64,000 nt of DNA from Botryllus schlosseri (taxonomy: Eukaryota): contig CM119371.1 in assembly GCA_051294905.1 (NCBI GenBank), positions 30,692,001 through 30,756,000 of the forward strand. Direction: 5' to 3'. Each line of letters starts with the position of its first letter. The stretch's first letter is position 1. Below the pieces are notes generated by a model that ran no database searches, was not told the DNA's origin, and was given only the letters and a program-made list of their open reading frames with translations. The position numbers and the translations under genes were made by a program. Below are positions 35,801 to 49,035 of the stretch, piece after piece.

Positions 35801-38800
35801 ATATATATTATCCAATCTAGCAGGCACTCTACCAACTCACCAGTGCTACTCCAAGTCTGTGTTATTATTATTATTATCATCACACAACGACAGGGGCGCT
35901 TATCGCCTGTTCAGGCCTTGCACGCCACGACAGAACATTTCGTAAATTTCAATGTCATTGCTTTGGGTCTCGAATCTCGAGGACGTCCTTTTCATGCACG
36001 CGCACTCCCGTTCTTCATTCTCACTCGCATTCGTGCGTCCAATTTCTGGGATCTGCTGCCGAGTTTAGAGCTTGGCTCACTCTTCCTCAGCGCGTTTAAA
36101 GACGCTGTGCTAACAGCGGGATCGGATTCCTAATATCTTATGCGGTTTCCTGCGTGACGCTCGGGTGCATAGGTCGGCATTTTGAATCGGTGTGGTGCGT
36201 GAATCAGTTTGCAATTGCTTCCGTAGTTAAAGTAAACTGGACGTTTCGCGAACTGAGCAATTTTGTTGCATCCGTTTGTATTGACTGTCAACATGCGACG
36301 TGCATAACATGTTTAGTCCGGATAAAATCTCCCTGAACTGCAATAATGACAGTATGTCTTACTTCACATATAAACGTTGCAACGTAAAGATAACGATCCA
36401 CCAACACATCGATAAAATAGAACTTAAAGCCTACACCAGTGGAACACTCTTAGAAATATTTGTATATTTACCGAATCTATACCAGTGAATTTGTCCCGTC
36501 AGTTATATTAACGGTAAATTCCCGTTAAATTAGTATACAGGCACGTCAAAATTAATTTTACTTCTTTTCAAAGGGTAAAAAATACGATTAAATTCGTAGA
36601 TGCAATTTACGCGATAACCGGTATTCCAGATTTACTTTTGCGTCTGTAAAAGCAATTTTCTGATAATCTGTATTTCAGAATAACATTTGCATACGTAAAA
36701 GCAATTTACTCTAATCAGTATTTGCAACATTGTGATTGAATTTACAATTCGATCATTTTACACGCTTACGGTCTTATTATGGGCATATACATGTGATTTT
36801 TGTCATTACATCATGCTTCAATCATCAAGCAAATTACGACACCGAAGGCCGTGCTGAATGCTAATCAGTAAATAGCACTGTTGGTATCCTAACATTTGGG
36901 GATTGCAGATAGCATCGTCTATATCGCTTTATAAATAGTATCCCTTGAGACATCAAGGTATAGCAATGATAGCATGCCAAGCATATTTAGTATATTACGT
37001 AGTTTTACTGCAGGAATGAGCTTTTGCGTAAGTATCTGCTGGGCCAGTTCTGCCACTATTGTAGCCACTTTAACGCAGTGGTTCCCAGCTTTTTTCCACT
37101 CACGTAATATCTCGAGGTTTTATGCAGAGCTCGCGTACCACCTGTATAAGTTACGCTTGCCGAAGGCGATTAAAAACGATTTTTTTTCAGCCTTTATGAC
37201 GTCATAATCAAGTATGTTACCTATGCGAGGTGTAATAAGGTTGGTTCGCAACCTTTTTGTCTTCATTCTCCCGTTCAGATTTATTCAAGAGTTTTCATTC
37301 CTCGCTACCCGAAACTCCTATATGTCCATTAAAATAGGCTTACCATATTTTGAGATAATGAAAAGAGTATCTTAAAGCTCCAAGAAAACTAGTGATTTTG
37401 AAAAATTCTTGTGTTGACTAAAAAAATAAGTCATACTTCGACTCGGATCTCGATTTTTTACGAAGCTCTGACGTTCGCCGCATCGGAGTCGCCTTTTTCG
37501 TGGCTTTTAAATCCCTTTCAGAAAAGACCGGGACAAATTCTAAAAAAAGAGGACATTTTGGCGTCTTCCGAGGAAACTTTCAATTTATAATTTCCGATAC
37601 ATACATTCCGGAGCAGTTAACTGATGACGGTAATCGCACATGAGTGTCCGTAAATATGTTGGCTAGTGTATATAATGTGCGTCTATTGCCTAATAGTGGG
37701 GAATTTCCCACCGGTTAAGAACCACTAGCTTGAAACATGTTTTGAACAAATTGTTCTAGAACACTGTTTGTCTTAAATGCAACCGTAGGTCTAGGTTTTA
37801 GGTGGGAGTGTCCGTTACGGTTTGATCGGTACCGGGTCGGACATTCGATATCGGTCTGGCATAAGTTACGATGTCGCATTATAGTTTCGAAACAATCTTA
37901 ATTAATAACGTAGTCTTTTCCGCGCTGAATGCTTTCCAATATAAGGTAGTGATGTATTCTCATTTAACGGTCAGCAGAAAGTTTATAATATTCAGTGTCA
38001 AAAAAAGTTGGATTAATTATCATTTGATTATTTCAAAACGCAATGACGACAAGCAAAGTGTGTGCCACAGACAGGCATAGGTGTAACTGTAAACCTATCT
38101 GCATTGTGCGCGACATGCAAATGAATGCATGAGTATATCAGTTATAAATTTGCGGTTCCAGAGAGGCGGAGTTCGACTCGTTCCTGTCATACAGATCAAC
38201 TGGTGCGTTATGAAGGAAGCAATTTTGTAACAATTTGATTTCCGTGTAATATATTGATTTCTAAGATGAGTCGTTTTTCTTACAGGTTTCGCAATGGATT
38301 TTTTCAATAAAGTGAACACTGGACCAGAAAATGATCGAACCCCATTCACAGACACGATTTTCCCGCATAATAACACAGTCGAAAAATTCTTATCATTCAA
38401 CAATTTCCAAATCAGTGCCGGCTCTGACAAATACAGACTGATCTTTATCGGATACTCCGTGAAGGCAATCGACGATATATACTCATACCACATGAATCGA
38501 CTGAGAAGATTGTGCAATAATTATGATCTTCGAAATACGTCACAAACGGTTTTTATTTAGCGTTTTAATCATCAGGTACCTATTCGATTTGAACCAACCT
38601 TACATTTTAAATATCTTTGACTAATTCGAATAACAATTCAACGATTACACATTGCGAGGCGTAATTGCAGAGAATGCAGTACGCAGTAGCTGCTTGAGGT
38701 GGTCATCGGCCAATCGATTGCAATGTTGATTTTTTGATTCTGACCATTTTGCTAAAACGTGCTTCACATACATAAGTTGATAACAATGGAGAATCGTTTT

Positions 38801-41800
38801 TCAGTAAAATTGCTGATAAGTCTGTTGCATGCATCAAATGATTCATTGGTTTGATGGTCAGACACCGTCGGAAAAAGTGTTGTAACACCACCTGCACTTA
38901 AGTTGGTGGTGAGCTGACTTAAATTTGATTGCCGATCCGAACGCATTTGAGTGTGAGTATACGTTTTGGTGCGAGTTTAGTAACGAAATCGTTTGCTGAG
39001 TAGAGAATCGCTATTCGACAGCAGACGAATTGGTCTCCATAGGTAATTATAAACTCCATACTCCATGCCAAGCAAGGGTAATTTTTAACTATGATTTTTT
39101 TTGTTATAAATTGATTTTTCAATATTTTTGTGGGGTTTCCAAGCGTCAATGGGAGCCGCAAGAATGCCAGCTGGGAGACGCGGTTGGGAATCTCTGGTTC
39201 GGGACTAAGAGCTCCAATGTACATGCAATATATTTCAGAATTCTCTTGAGATTACGATATTGTGCACAATCCTGTAAGCAGAAATACGAAACTCAGAGCA
39301 TCCTCTGGTAGAAATGTAGCTACAGTTTTTCTGGCATGGTCATGCTAAAATAAGCATAAGAAATATCTTGCTTAAGTTGACCACAATAGAAAGCTGTGGT
39401 CACGTGCGTAATGTATAGCAAATCCTGCTTGTAACTATAATTATCAAGTACAGGATGAATACGTTGTCGAAGGTTGTTCATGCCGACGCCGTGGCAATCG
39501 TAGAAAGACATTTTCAGGAAATGCTACATTGTTTTCATGGTTCTCCTCACTCGACTCCACGTAAAGACCTATCTGTTATTAGAATATTGCCAAATAGTTT
39601 AGTTCAGCAGTTAAATTACTTTTGCGTAGGCATGTAGCTTCATCACAAAAAAGCCCAACATTGCAATATACGAGAAATTGAGGGCCGCCCTCCGTGTAAC
39701 ATAGGTAGTCTGTAACCGACATTATGCAAAATATTTGTGTCTCACGTTAAATCGCATCTCGTATCAAACAAATTAGTTGTATGCTAATTGGTGTAATGAA
39801 AATTTCGATGGATTAATATCAGTGAATAACAATGAATACTTGGCGCTGCGAAGTTTTGTTTCGGTCCATTATCGGAAGAGCTAATTTATACCCAAGGTGA
39901 AACCAAGCTATTTTCGTGAAATCTACGCTGAGACACATTATCAAGTTTTGTATAATCTTCTGAGGGTTCCGTTTGAAGATTTCATTGACAAAAAAATTGC
40001 TGCATAACTCTACACTACAGTACTATTTTATCTCGCAAATTGGAAATAACATGAATTGATGCAGGCCATATTACCTTCATGCAGCTTTAGTTTGTTCACA
40101 AACCGGTCAATGCCGGTCTATGTTCCTCAGAATAGCATATATATTATCCAATCTAGCAGGCACTCAACCAACTCACCAGTGCTACTCCAAGTCTGTGTTA
40201 TTATTATTATTATTATTATTATCATCACACAATGACAGGGGCGCTTATCGCCTGTTCAGGCCTTATACGCCACGACAGTACATTTCGTAAATTTCAATGT
40301 CATTGCTTTGGGTCTCGAATCTCGAGGACGTCCTTTTCTTGCACGCGCACTCCCGTTCTTCATTCTCACTCGCATTCGTGCGTCCAATTTCTGGGATCTG
40401 CTGCCGAGTTTAGAGCTTGGCTCACTCTTCCTCAGCGCTTTTAAAGACGCTGCGCTAACAGCGGGATCGGATTCCCAATATCTTATGCGGTTTCCTGCGT
40501 GACGCTCGGGTGCATAGGTCGGCATTTTGAATCGGTGTGGTGCGTGAATCAGTTTGCAATTGCTTCCGTAGTTAAAGTAAAGTGGACGTTTCGCGAACTG
40601 AGCAATTTTGTTGCATCCGTTTGTATTGACTGTCAACATGCGACGCGCATAACATGTTTAGTCCGGATAAAATCTCCCTGAACTGCAATAATGACACTAT
40701 GTCTTACTTCATATATAAACGTTGCAACGTAAAGATAACGATCCACCAACACATCGATAAAATAGAACTTAAAGCCTACACCAGTGGAACACTCTTAGAA
40801 ATATTTGTATATTTACCCAATCTATACCAGTGAATTTGTCCCGTCTGTTATATTAACGGTAAATTCCCGTTAAATTAGTATACAGGCACGTCAAAATTAA
40901 TTTTACTTGATTTTAAAGTGTAAAAAATACGATTAAATTCGTAGATGCAATTTACGCGAAAACCGGTATTTCAGATTTACTTTTGCGTCTGTAAAAGCAA
41001 TTTTCTGATAATCTGTATTTCAGAATAACATTTGCATACGTAAAAGCAATTTACTCTAATCAGTATTTGCAACATTGTGATTGAATTTACAATTCGATCA
41101 TTTTACACGCTTACGGTCTTATTATGGGCATATATATGTGATTTTTGTCATTACATCATGCTTCAATCATCAAGCAAATTACGACACCGAAGGCCGTGCT
41201 GAATTCTAATCAGTAAATAGCACTGTTGGTATCCTAACATTTGGGGATTGCAGATAGCATCGTCTATATCGCTTTATAAATAGTATCCCTTGAGACATCT
41301 AGGTATAGCAATGATAGCATGCCAAGCATATTTAGTATATTACGTAGTTTTACTGCGGGAATGAGCTTTTGCGTAAGTATCTGCTGGGCCAGTTCTGCCA
41401 CTATTGTAGCCACTTTAACGCAGTGGTTCCCAGCTTTTTTCCACTCACGTAATATCTCGAGGTTTTATACAGAGCTCGCGTACCACCTGTATAAGTTACG
41501 CTTGCCGAAGGCGATTAAAAACTTTTTTTCAGCCTTTATGACGTCATAATCAAGTATGTTACCTATATGCGAGGTGTAATAAGGTTGGTTCGCAACCTTT
41601 TTTACTTCATTCTTCCCTTCAGATTTATTCAAGAGTTTCCATTCCTCGCTACCCGAAACTCCTATATATCCATTAAAATAGGCTTACCATATTTTGAGAT
41701 AATGAAAAGAGTATCTGAAAGCTCCAAGAAAACTAGTGATTTTGTAAAATTCTCGACCGATAGTATTGTGTTGACTAAAAAAATAAGTCATACTTCGACT

Positions 41801-43417
41801 CGGATCTCGATTTTTTACGAAGCTCAGACGTTCGCCGCATCGGAGTCGCCTTTTTCGTGGCTTTTAAATCCCTTTCACAAAAGACCGGGACAAATTCTAA
41901 AAAAGAGGACATTTAGGCGTCTTCCGAGGACACTTTCAATTTATAATTTCCGATACATATATTCCGGAGCAGTTAACTGATGACGGTAATCGCACATGAG
42001 TGTCCGTAAATATGTTGGCTAGTGTATATAATGTGCGTCTATTGCCTAATAGTGGGGAATTTCCCACCGGTAAAGAACCACTAGCTTGAAACATGTTTTG
42101 AACAAATTGTTCTAGAACACTGTTTGTCTTAAATGCAACCGTAGGTCTAGGTTTTAGGTGGGAGTGTCCGTTACGGTTTGATCGGTACCTGGTCGGACAT
42201 CCGATATCGGTCTGGCATAAGTTACGATGTCGCACTATAGTTTCGAAACAATCTTAGTTAATAATGTAGTCTTTTCCGCGCTGAATGCTTTCCGATATAA
42301 GGTAGTGATGTATTGTCATTTAACGGTCAGCAGAAAGTTTATAATATTCAGTATCAAAAAAAGTTGGATTAATTATCATTTGATTATTTCAAAACGCAAT
42401 GACGACAAGCAAAGTGTGTTCCACAGACAGGCATAGGTGTAACTGTAAACCTATCTGCATTGTGCGCGACATGCAAATTAATGCATGAGTGTATCAGTTA
42501 TAAATTTGCGGTTTCAGAGAGGCGGAGTTCGACTCGTTCCTGTCATACAGATCAACTGGTGCGTTATGAAGGAAGCAATTTTGTAACAATTTGATTTCCG
42601 TGTAATATATTGATTTCTAAGATGAGTCGTTTTTCTTACAGGTTTCGCAAAGGATTTTCCCAATAAAGTGAACACTGGACCAGAAAATGATCGAACCCCA
42701 TTCACAGACACGATTTTCCTGCATAACAACACAGTCGAAAAATTCTTATCATTCGACAATTTCCAAATCAGTGCCGGCTCTGACAAATACAGACTGATCT
42801 TTTTCGGATACTCCGTGAAGGCAATCGACGATATATACTCATACAAAATGAATCGACTGAGAAGATTGTGCAATAATTATGATCTTCGAAATACGTCACA
42901 AACGGTTTTTATTTAGCGTTTTAATCAACAGGTACCTATTCGATTTGAACCAACCTTACATTTTAAATATCTTTGACTAATTTCTGTAAATTGTCTTCCC
43001 ACATAGGCTGATAAGCATATTAATAGCAAATGTCTCTTTACCTAGCTTGGCACGGTTCGCACTTTACCGCTCCCCGGTACCATTTTCAGGAAAACTATAA
43101 ATTAGATTATAATTAAAATGAGACAATTGAAACATCTTACGAATTAGATTAGAATTTGATTACCGAGATTTCTTTATAATTAGTCGAATTAGACATACAA
43201 TTCTTCAGTTGTCCAATGTCCATGTCCGGCTATACTAATGCGTGATAGAATAGAGTATCCGCAAAGTGGGGCTGGTGGATTAAAACCAAAACGGCTTCCT
43301 TCACATTATTTTTGCAAAAGCCTTCGAGTCGATGAAAACTTTGGCTTGCAAATGAAAAATATCATGTCAGGCTTTGACAACGACGCACTCGCAATTCACT
43401 ACTCATTTAGTTAGTTG

Positions 43418-43850
43418 CAGGGTTGTAACCAAGTCACCAGAGTTCGAGTCACAAGTCAAGCTCACTTCAAAGTTTTGACTCGAGTCAAGTCGACTCATTT
43501 TCAATTCGCCACCGAGTCAAGTCCGAGTCCAAGTCATCGAACAGAGGTTCGAGTCATGGGATAATGACTCGAGTCCGAGTCCAAGTCATTGACTGGTCAG
43601 TTTCCAGTTAAAGTCTTGTTACACCCGCTGTTATAACTCTAGATGGTGATATCGAATGGTTCGCATTGATAATTTACTCATTTTCCACACTTTTAATAGT
43701 TTCATGTCGCATTTTCAAGTGTCAGTACCAATAGCCCAAATAGGGTGGTTACTGTACTATTCTTCGAAATTACAATGAAATGTAGGTCTTGGCCAGCTGA
43801 GTCTCGAGTCATATGACTTGAATCGAGTCGTGCTCAATGACTCGAGTGTG
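43418..43850. repeat. MITE-like element rich in GACTCGAGTC motifs
   Basis: Starts CAGGGTTG; many CTCGAGTC/CAAGTC repeats; right end truncated by the Penelope-like sequence. Confidence 0.55.
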
Positions 43851-44104
43851 CGGTTGTGTTGTCGTGAAAATCACGATGGTATTTGAAAAGCTTTTGATTT
43901 CAGCGGTCAATAAGTATTACGACAGAGTGAAGAACAACGTGATTTTCACGACAGCGCAACTGCTCCCTGCGACACGTAAAGACCTCCTTCCCGCACTTCA
44001 ACGGAGCAATGTACTTCACGCATTTAAGTGTCACTGTGATTGTGGCTACGTGGGAAGAACGTCAACGCGCTTGGAGGAACGCATAAATCAGCATGCCCCT
44101 AGAT

Positions 44105-45647
44105 CAGGCCTGGGCAAAGTGCGGCCCGCGGGCCAAATGCGGCCCGCCGAGCGATTCTGTGCGGCCCGCGAAAGGCTGCTTGAAATTTAAAATATCAAAC
44201 CTACTTTTTAATGTTGCCGCATGGACTAAAACCAAACGATGTATGAACTGGACCAGAAATTCGTTTACTATCAAGCATGTTCATTAGCATATACCGTGAT
44301 TACGCAGCCTACGTACCTCACATGCCTAATCCAGACTAAAACTAAAGTCAATGTAGCAAGTTATGCCGTTAAAGTTAAAGTCACAAAAAATCCCCAAACC
44401 TTCTCTGGTGCCTGTCACATTACGCATTACATTGTTACGTGATGTGTTTCCAAATCCATAATTCATGAAACAAGTGATTCAATGCCCATGATTTCTATGA
44501 ATATATCACCACCAGTAAAGGATGTCAAAATAAGAAAGCCGAAAGTTTAATTCAGAGATGGTTAATAACTGCAACCTTCTCTAATCGACAAGGCCATTTC
44601 GGTAAGCTGCACACTTCTCAGAAACCAGCAACCAAGACAATAAGCTATATATTATCCTTGGGACCGTAACTACCGCACCTCAAGCCCCGCCAATTGCGTG
44701 GCGAGCTCGACGGGTGCTCAAAATTATTTCATAAGTGACATAAATTATAGGGTATTTTTTGAAAATTTATGCAACTTTATTCAATGGTTCTTAGAATGGG
44801 CATTTCGGCGTTAGCCATTACCGCGCCACGACGCCCCAAGATAAATGAACTTTAGGCCAACACGGGGTTCCGAGAAGGCACTGCAATTGCACCTGCTGAT
44901 CAAATTAACTAAGTAAAGAGAATAAAGCTCGACAGCCAGAAAACCTTGGCCGAAAAGGACTGCACTTATGTTCCCCGAAAACCACAAAGTCCAATTGTCC
45001 ATAGGCGATATTTGCCAGTGAAGAAATAACAATCAGGAATCGGGGTCGTCTTTTGAGTTTGGTACGTTTTGGCGATTTCAATATCTTTTCACATAGCAGA
45101 CGGGAGGTCACCAAATAACAACATGTAACGAAGTAATCATACCAACAGGTCCTCCCGAATATTTCCAAGACAGTACCTCACTCAGCTCTAGCGGTAAAAC
45201 TGAGTAGGCCACTACGTGGGCTGGGAGAGGTTAAAAATATAGCAATATATTTGCAATCACCAATATTATTGACCGATTGAATCATGAATCATGTAAAAAT
45301 TCCGCGCTTCGCGCGAATAGGGCATACACGACGCGTCGTGCATCGTGCATCTCGATGGGGGCTGCTATTGATGGAAAAACGCGGATAAGGATTTAAAGAG
45401 GGTTCAAATTGTATCATGTTTAACATTGTTCAAAATATGACGGCAAATATATATTTTTTCGGGTAATTAACAATCACTTTGTCATTCCTCAATATCAACA
45501 CATTCACTGAGCACCAATTCGTGTAATACACTGCTTCCAATTTAGAAATAAAATCAATACACTGGATATTCTATATTTCTGACTCTGCCCGCCAACATAT
45601 TTCTGCTTCTCATTTGGCCCGCGGAGAAAAATAATTGCCCACCCCTG
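44105..45647. mobile_element. Non-autonomous hAT (Buster/Charlie-like) element
   Basis: TIR CAGGCCTGGGCAA / TTGCCCACCCCTG; 8-bp TSD CCCTAGAT (44097-44104, 45648-45655); GCGGCCCGC subterminal repeats. Confidence 0.9.
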
Positions 45648-46029
45648 CCCTAGATTAATTACAACACGCTCCGTGAAAAGCTCAACCTTAACTCATCCGC
45701 TCAAGAGTGATGCGGAACAATCTAAGGCCATGACTTCTGCAATTGGCAAACACTTGTTGGATAATCCCGCCTGTGCGAAAAATTATCGAGACGACAGATT
45801 TCGCATACTCGGAAAGGGTAGTTCACACATTCATTTGTGTGCCTTTGGAGTCGACTTTTATCGAAATACACCAGTCTAGGCTGTGTCAATAAAAAGAGTT
45901 GATGTATCAACTGAAAATACTACGTTGAACGCTCTCGTATTCGACATTTCCTGCTGGTGACGTCATATTTTGTGATACGATTGTTGATACACGATGCTCG
46001 TTAGAATTCTCTACTAGTTGCCGACGATT

Positions 46030-46063
46030 ACCCCTGACGAGTGTCAGCCGAAAATATTCGGGT
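46030..46063 (+). ncRNA. Minimal type I hammerhead ribozyme motif
   Basis: accc-CTGACGA-g(tgtcagc)c-GAAA-atat-TC-gggt: conserved core boxes, 4-bp stem I, 1-bp stem III with palindromic ATAT loop, in the 3' region of a Penelope-like element. Confidence 0.75.
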
Positions 46064-46092
46064 TCATTTCAATATGAATATACTATTCAATT

Positions 46093-46295
46093 GTATTTTC
46101 AGATGATACACTAACTCTTTTTGTTGACACAGCCTTGCCTGATGTATTTTCATAAAAGTCGACTCCAAGGCACACAAATGAAAGTGTGAACGGCCCCTCC
46201 GAATGACACGAGATCTGTCGTCTTTATAATTTTTCGCCCAAGCGGAATTCTCTCACATATGTTTGTCAATGGCAGAATTTATTGCCTTTGATTGC
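46093..46295 (-). repeat. Inverted diverged copy of the Penelope-like endonuclease 3' end
   Basis: Reverse complement of ~45715-45915 (e.g. TTGACACAGCC, AAAAGTCGACTCC, GGCACACAAATGAA, ATCTGTCGTCT). Confidence 0.75.
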
Positions 46296-46438
46296 TGGGA
46301 ATGGTGGTGTGTGAGTAATTCATCATGTCTTCAAGTAGCACGGACAATACAAAAAGGCTATGTTATTTACCGAGAAGAATCGTAACAATAATCCCAATAA
46401 TACACCGACAATACACCCAACATTTTATGGCATATAGC

Positions 46439-48802
46439 CAAGCCTTTTTATTTTTGGATATTGGGTTTTATTTTTGGAGATTCTTCAAAAATAAGATTTG
46501 AAAATATTCAAAATAAGATTTTTTTGGATGATTATTTTTCAAGCATTTCAGTGAAATGAACAAGTTAAAGCGATGTAAACAACCAGGAAACTCATAAAAA
46601 CACACAGAAAACAACCTGTGTGTTAGGGAGGGGGTCGCCGAAACGCTAAAACTACTTCCACTCCACGTTACTGCTGACCTTTCCTTCCCGTCCCTTCCGT
46701 CTTTGTACTCCTGTAAGTTTCACAGTGCGGCACGTACAGAAGACGGGCAGGCAGCTTAAGTGAGGCTAAGGGAACAGCGAAATCAAATACGGCCACCTCT
46801 GTCACAATCACTTCGTCCACACGGGACGGGACTGATTGGCTACCTCAGACGGCAACAGAACTTGATCCATGAGATGGAAAGTGCGTGCCCCAGTCTGTTA
46901 ACGCCAATTGGTTGTTAATGAAGAAGATGGCCTTTTGTGTGACTGGACACCGTACCAAACACCTTGATGTTATGGACGTGAAAAGTCTTGCATGTGCACC
47001 TTCGCTGCATTGGTGGATCCAACCGATCGTTCGCGGTCGCATGATCACAGATCTGGGCACCACCGTCACGAAGCTTCAGGATTTTTACAGTCTAATCGTG
47101 GAGCAGCAGGAGCTCCAGCGTCTGGTCGAACGTCTTCGAGCCAGTCCATGTGAGGGAGGACTGGGACAACGACGCACGCAAAAAGGAAGGTTTTCAGGTC
47201 AGAGGGTGTTGGGCTGTCAACTTCAATGAGGCATGCAGCTTCGTGGAGGGTCAGAGGTTTCAAGAGCATTACTGACGAGCGCTTGTCAGGAGCAAAGGCT
47301 TGGAAGATTGAGGAGTTTAGCTAGTTATATCCATCCATCCGTTTTTGGACCCCTAGGCTCAATGTTTCCCACAATTGCGACGGTCGAGGTCTCGAAAATC
47401 AAGAGGGAGAAGGGTCTCGGCCGGGCGCCTCTCCCTGATTTTTCTTTAGACGGAATTCTCCAGGCCAAAGACGTCATTTTTTGACAGATGTATTTGAAAG
47501 CAGACATGCCACTCCTGGGTTTTTCCACCCAGATCTGGGTTTTTCGAGCATCATCTGGGTTTCTGGGTTTTTGTGCTTGAAATCTGGGTTTTTATCAACA
47601 TCATGTCTGTCAGGTCAATTTGACGGCGCAAAATTTCTTATTAGATTAGTAAGATCTTAGAGTGTCGATGGATTCTTGTGATTGAAACGGCAGAGTCTAA
47701 ACAGACCCATTTACTCCTAAAGTGAGAGGTTTTGGCGTGATGCGATAGAGCTTCATTGAATACCGACTGCTAGGTCGCAGAAAGTCATGTTCACAGAGCA
47801 ACTCTGGAGCAGTTGTTTTACAATTGAAAATGATTTAGGACTTGAATGCTAGCGTTGCAACAAATTCGTTGTGTGTCAGTACATGTATTTAACTGCTGGC
47901 TGCTGCAAAATATGCAATTAATGCACATGGAAAGACCAAATGTTGATCCAACTATTTTAACATGTTGACATCAGAGTATATTCACTTTCAACAGGGACAC
48001 TCAAAGAAAGAAAGTTTGGGCACCTGGACAAGTTATTCAGAGGGAGAGGGGTTTGTTAAATTCAAATGTTCCCCTATTTCATGATTTGGCAGTTTCTTTT
48101 CCGACATCCCGGATAAAAGTGCTTGTCCCAGGTTTAATGAATCGACAGCTATTTTCAATCTATCTCGTCAGCTCACAGTCACTGGAACTATCCCAAAATC
48201 ATCCTCATCCAAGTTTTTATTAGGTCATGCCTAATCATATATGGGGATTAGCATTGTTACGAACATTACGAATAGGCCTATTATATAATACACCACGTAT
48301 TGACCCTCATACCGAATGCCTCGTAGCGATGTGTCTAGAGGAATACATCATATTTCGATCCAATTGCTCATTTACCTGAGCAAAATGTGAAGTATGAAAA
48401 TGAACCGTTGGGATTTCAATATCAAGGGCTAAAACTTCTTTTATGTTCGTATTACTGTCATTGACGACTCTCAGTCTCTGTTTTACAGCTATATCATAGG
48501 AATGGGAGCGCAATATAGGATCTGGGTTTTTTCTATTTTTTAACGTCCAAATGTGGGTTTTTCCAAAATATCTCAGTGGCATCTCTGTTTGAAAGTTATA
48601 TCAAGATCACTGATGATGTCGATGTGTTAGAGGACTTGAATACATGATAATGACATACTCTCCTTGGAGTTTTCCAGTAGTAATAGGGCTAAAAACACGT
48701 TCATTTGTTATTTTTAGAGATTCTCCAAAAATAAAATTTGAAAACATCCAAAACTAAGCTATTTTTGTTATTTTTGGAGAAATCCAAAAATAAACAGGCC
48801 TG
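46439..48802. mobile_element. DNA transposon with 8-bp TSD, containing nested inserts
   Basis: TIR CAAGCCTTTTTATTTTTGGAT / ATCCAAAAATAAACAGGCCTG; TSD CATATAGC (46431-46438, 48803-48810); ATTTTTGGA subterminal repeats. Confidence 0.8.
47501..48587. mobile_element. Nested non-autonomous DNA transposon (hAT-like)
   Basis: TIR CAGACATGCCACT / AGTGGCATCTCTG; 8-bp TSD TTTGAAAG; CTGGGTTTTT subterminal repeats; minus-strand remnant LRVVND. Confidence 0.85.
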
Positions 48803-48937
48803 CATATAGCCCATTTGCACTTATCTGCGCTTTTTGATTTGACGATAACGCAGCACGCTGTTGTACTATAGCAGTGCTTCACAACATTTTCAACCTCGCG
48901 ACATCATCTCAAGAGAAAAATCTCTCACAAATGTGTC

Positions 48938-49035
48938 GCAGGTACGAGTCCGACCAAGGTCGACTTCAAAATCCCTTTGCAAGTGTTGATGGTTTATTTA
49001 GGCTCCTCCTCGCCATCCGATCTGAATAAGCGATG
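48938..49035 (+). mobile_element. Partial SINE copy
   Basis: GGTACGAGTCCGACCAAGGTCGACTTC...TAGGCTCCTCCTCGCCA matches the reverse complement of 57205-57300. Confidence 0.6.

Larger units (their letters stand above)
17232..42982. repeat. Tandem segmental amplification, 5 units starting at 17232, 23332, 28152, 34260, 38623
   Basis: Near-identical sequence and recurring short ORFs. Unit lengths are ~6100, 4820, 6108, 4363 and 4360 bp. Unit 1 has an internal ~1.3-kb duplication, unit 3 has a 1289-bp insertion, and units 4-5 share a ~440-bp deletion. Confidence 0.97.
43850..46085 (+). mobile_element. Penelope-like retroelement 3' remnant (GIY-YIG endonuclease), split by a hAT insertion
   Basis: SNVLHAFKCHCDCGYVGRTSTRLEERINQH (~44005-44095) continues after the insert as SAIGKHLLDNPACAKNYRDDRFRILG...LESTFI...LCQ*KEL (~45735-45925); followed by a hammerhead motif. 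Confidence 0.85.

Noticed and set aside
17534..42916. Many short ORFs conserved between tandem units
   Set aside because: The conservation reflects recent duplication; most are off-frame or antisense readings of transposon or pseudogene remnants.
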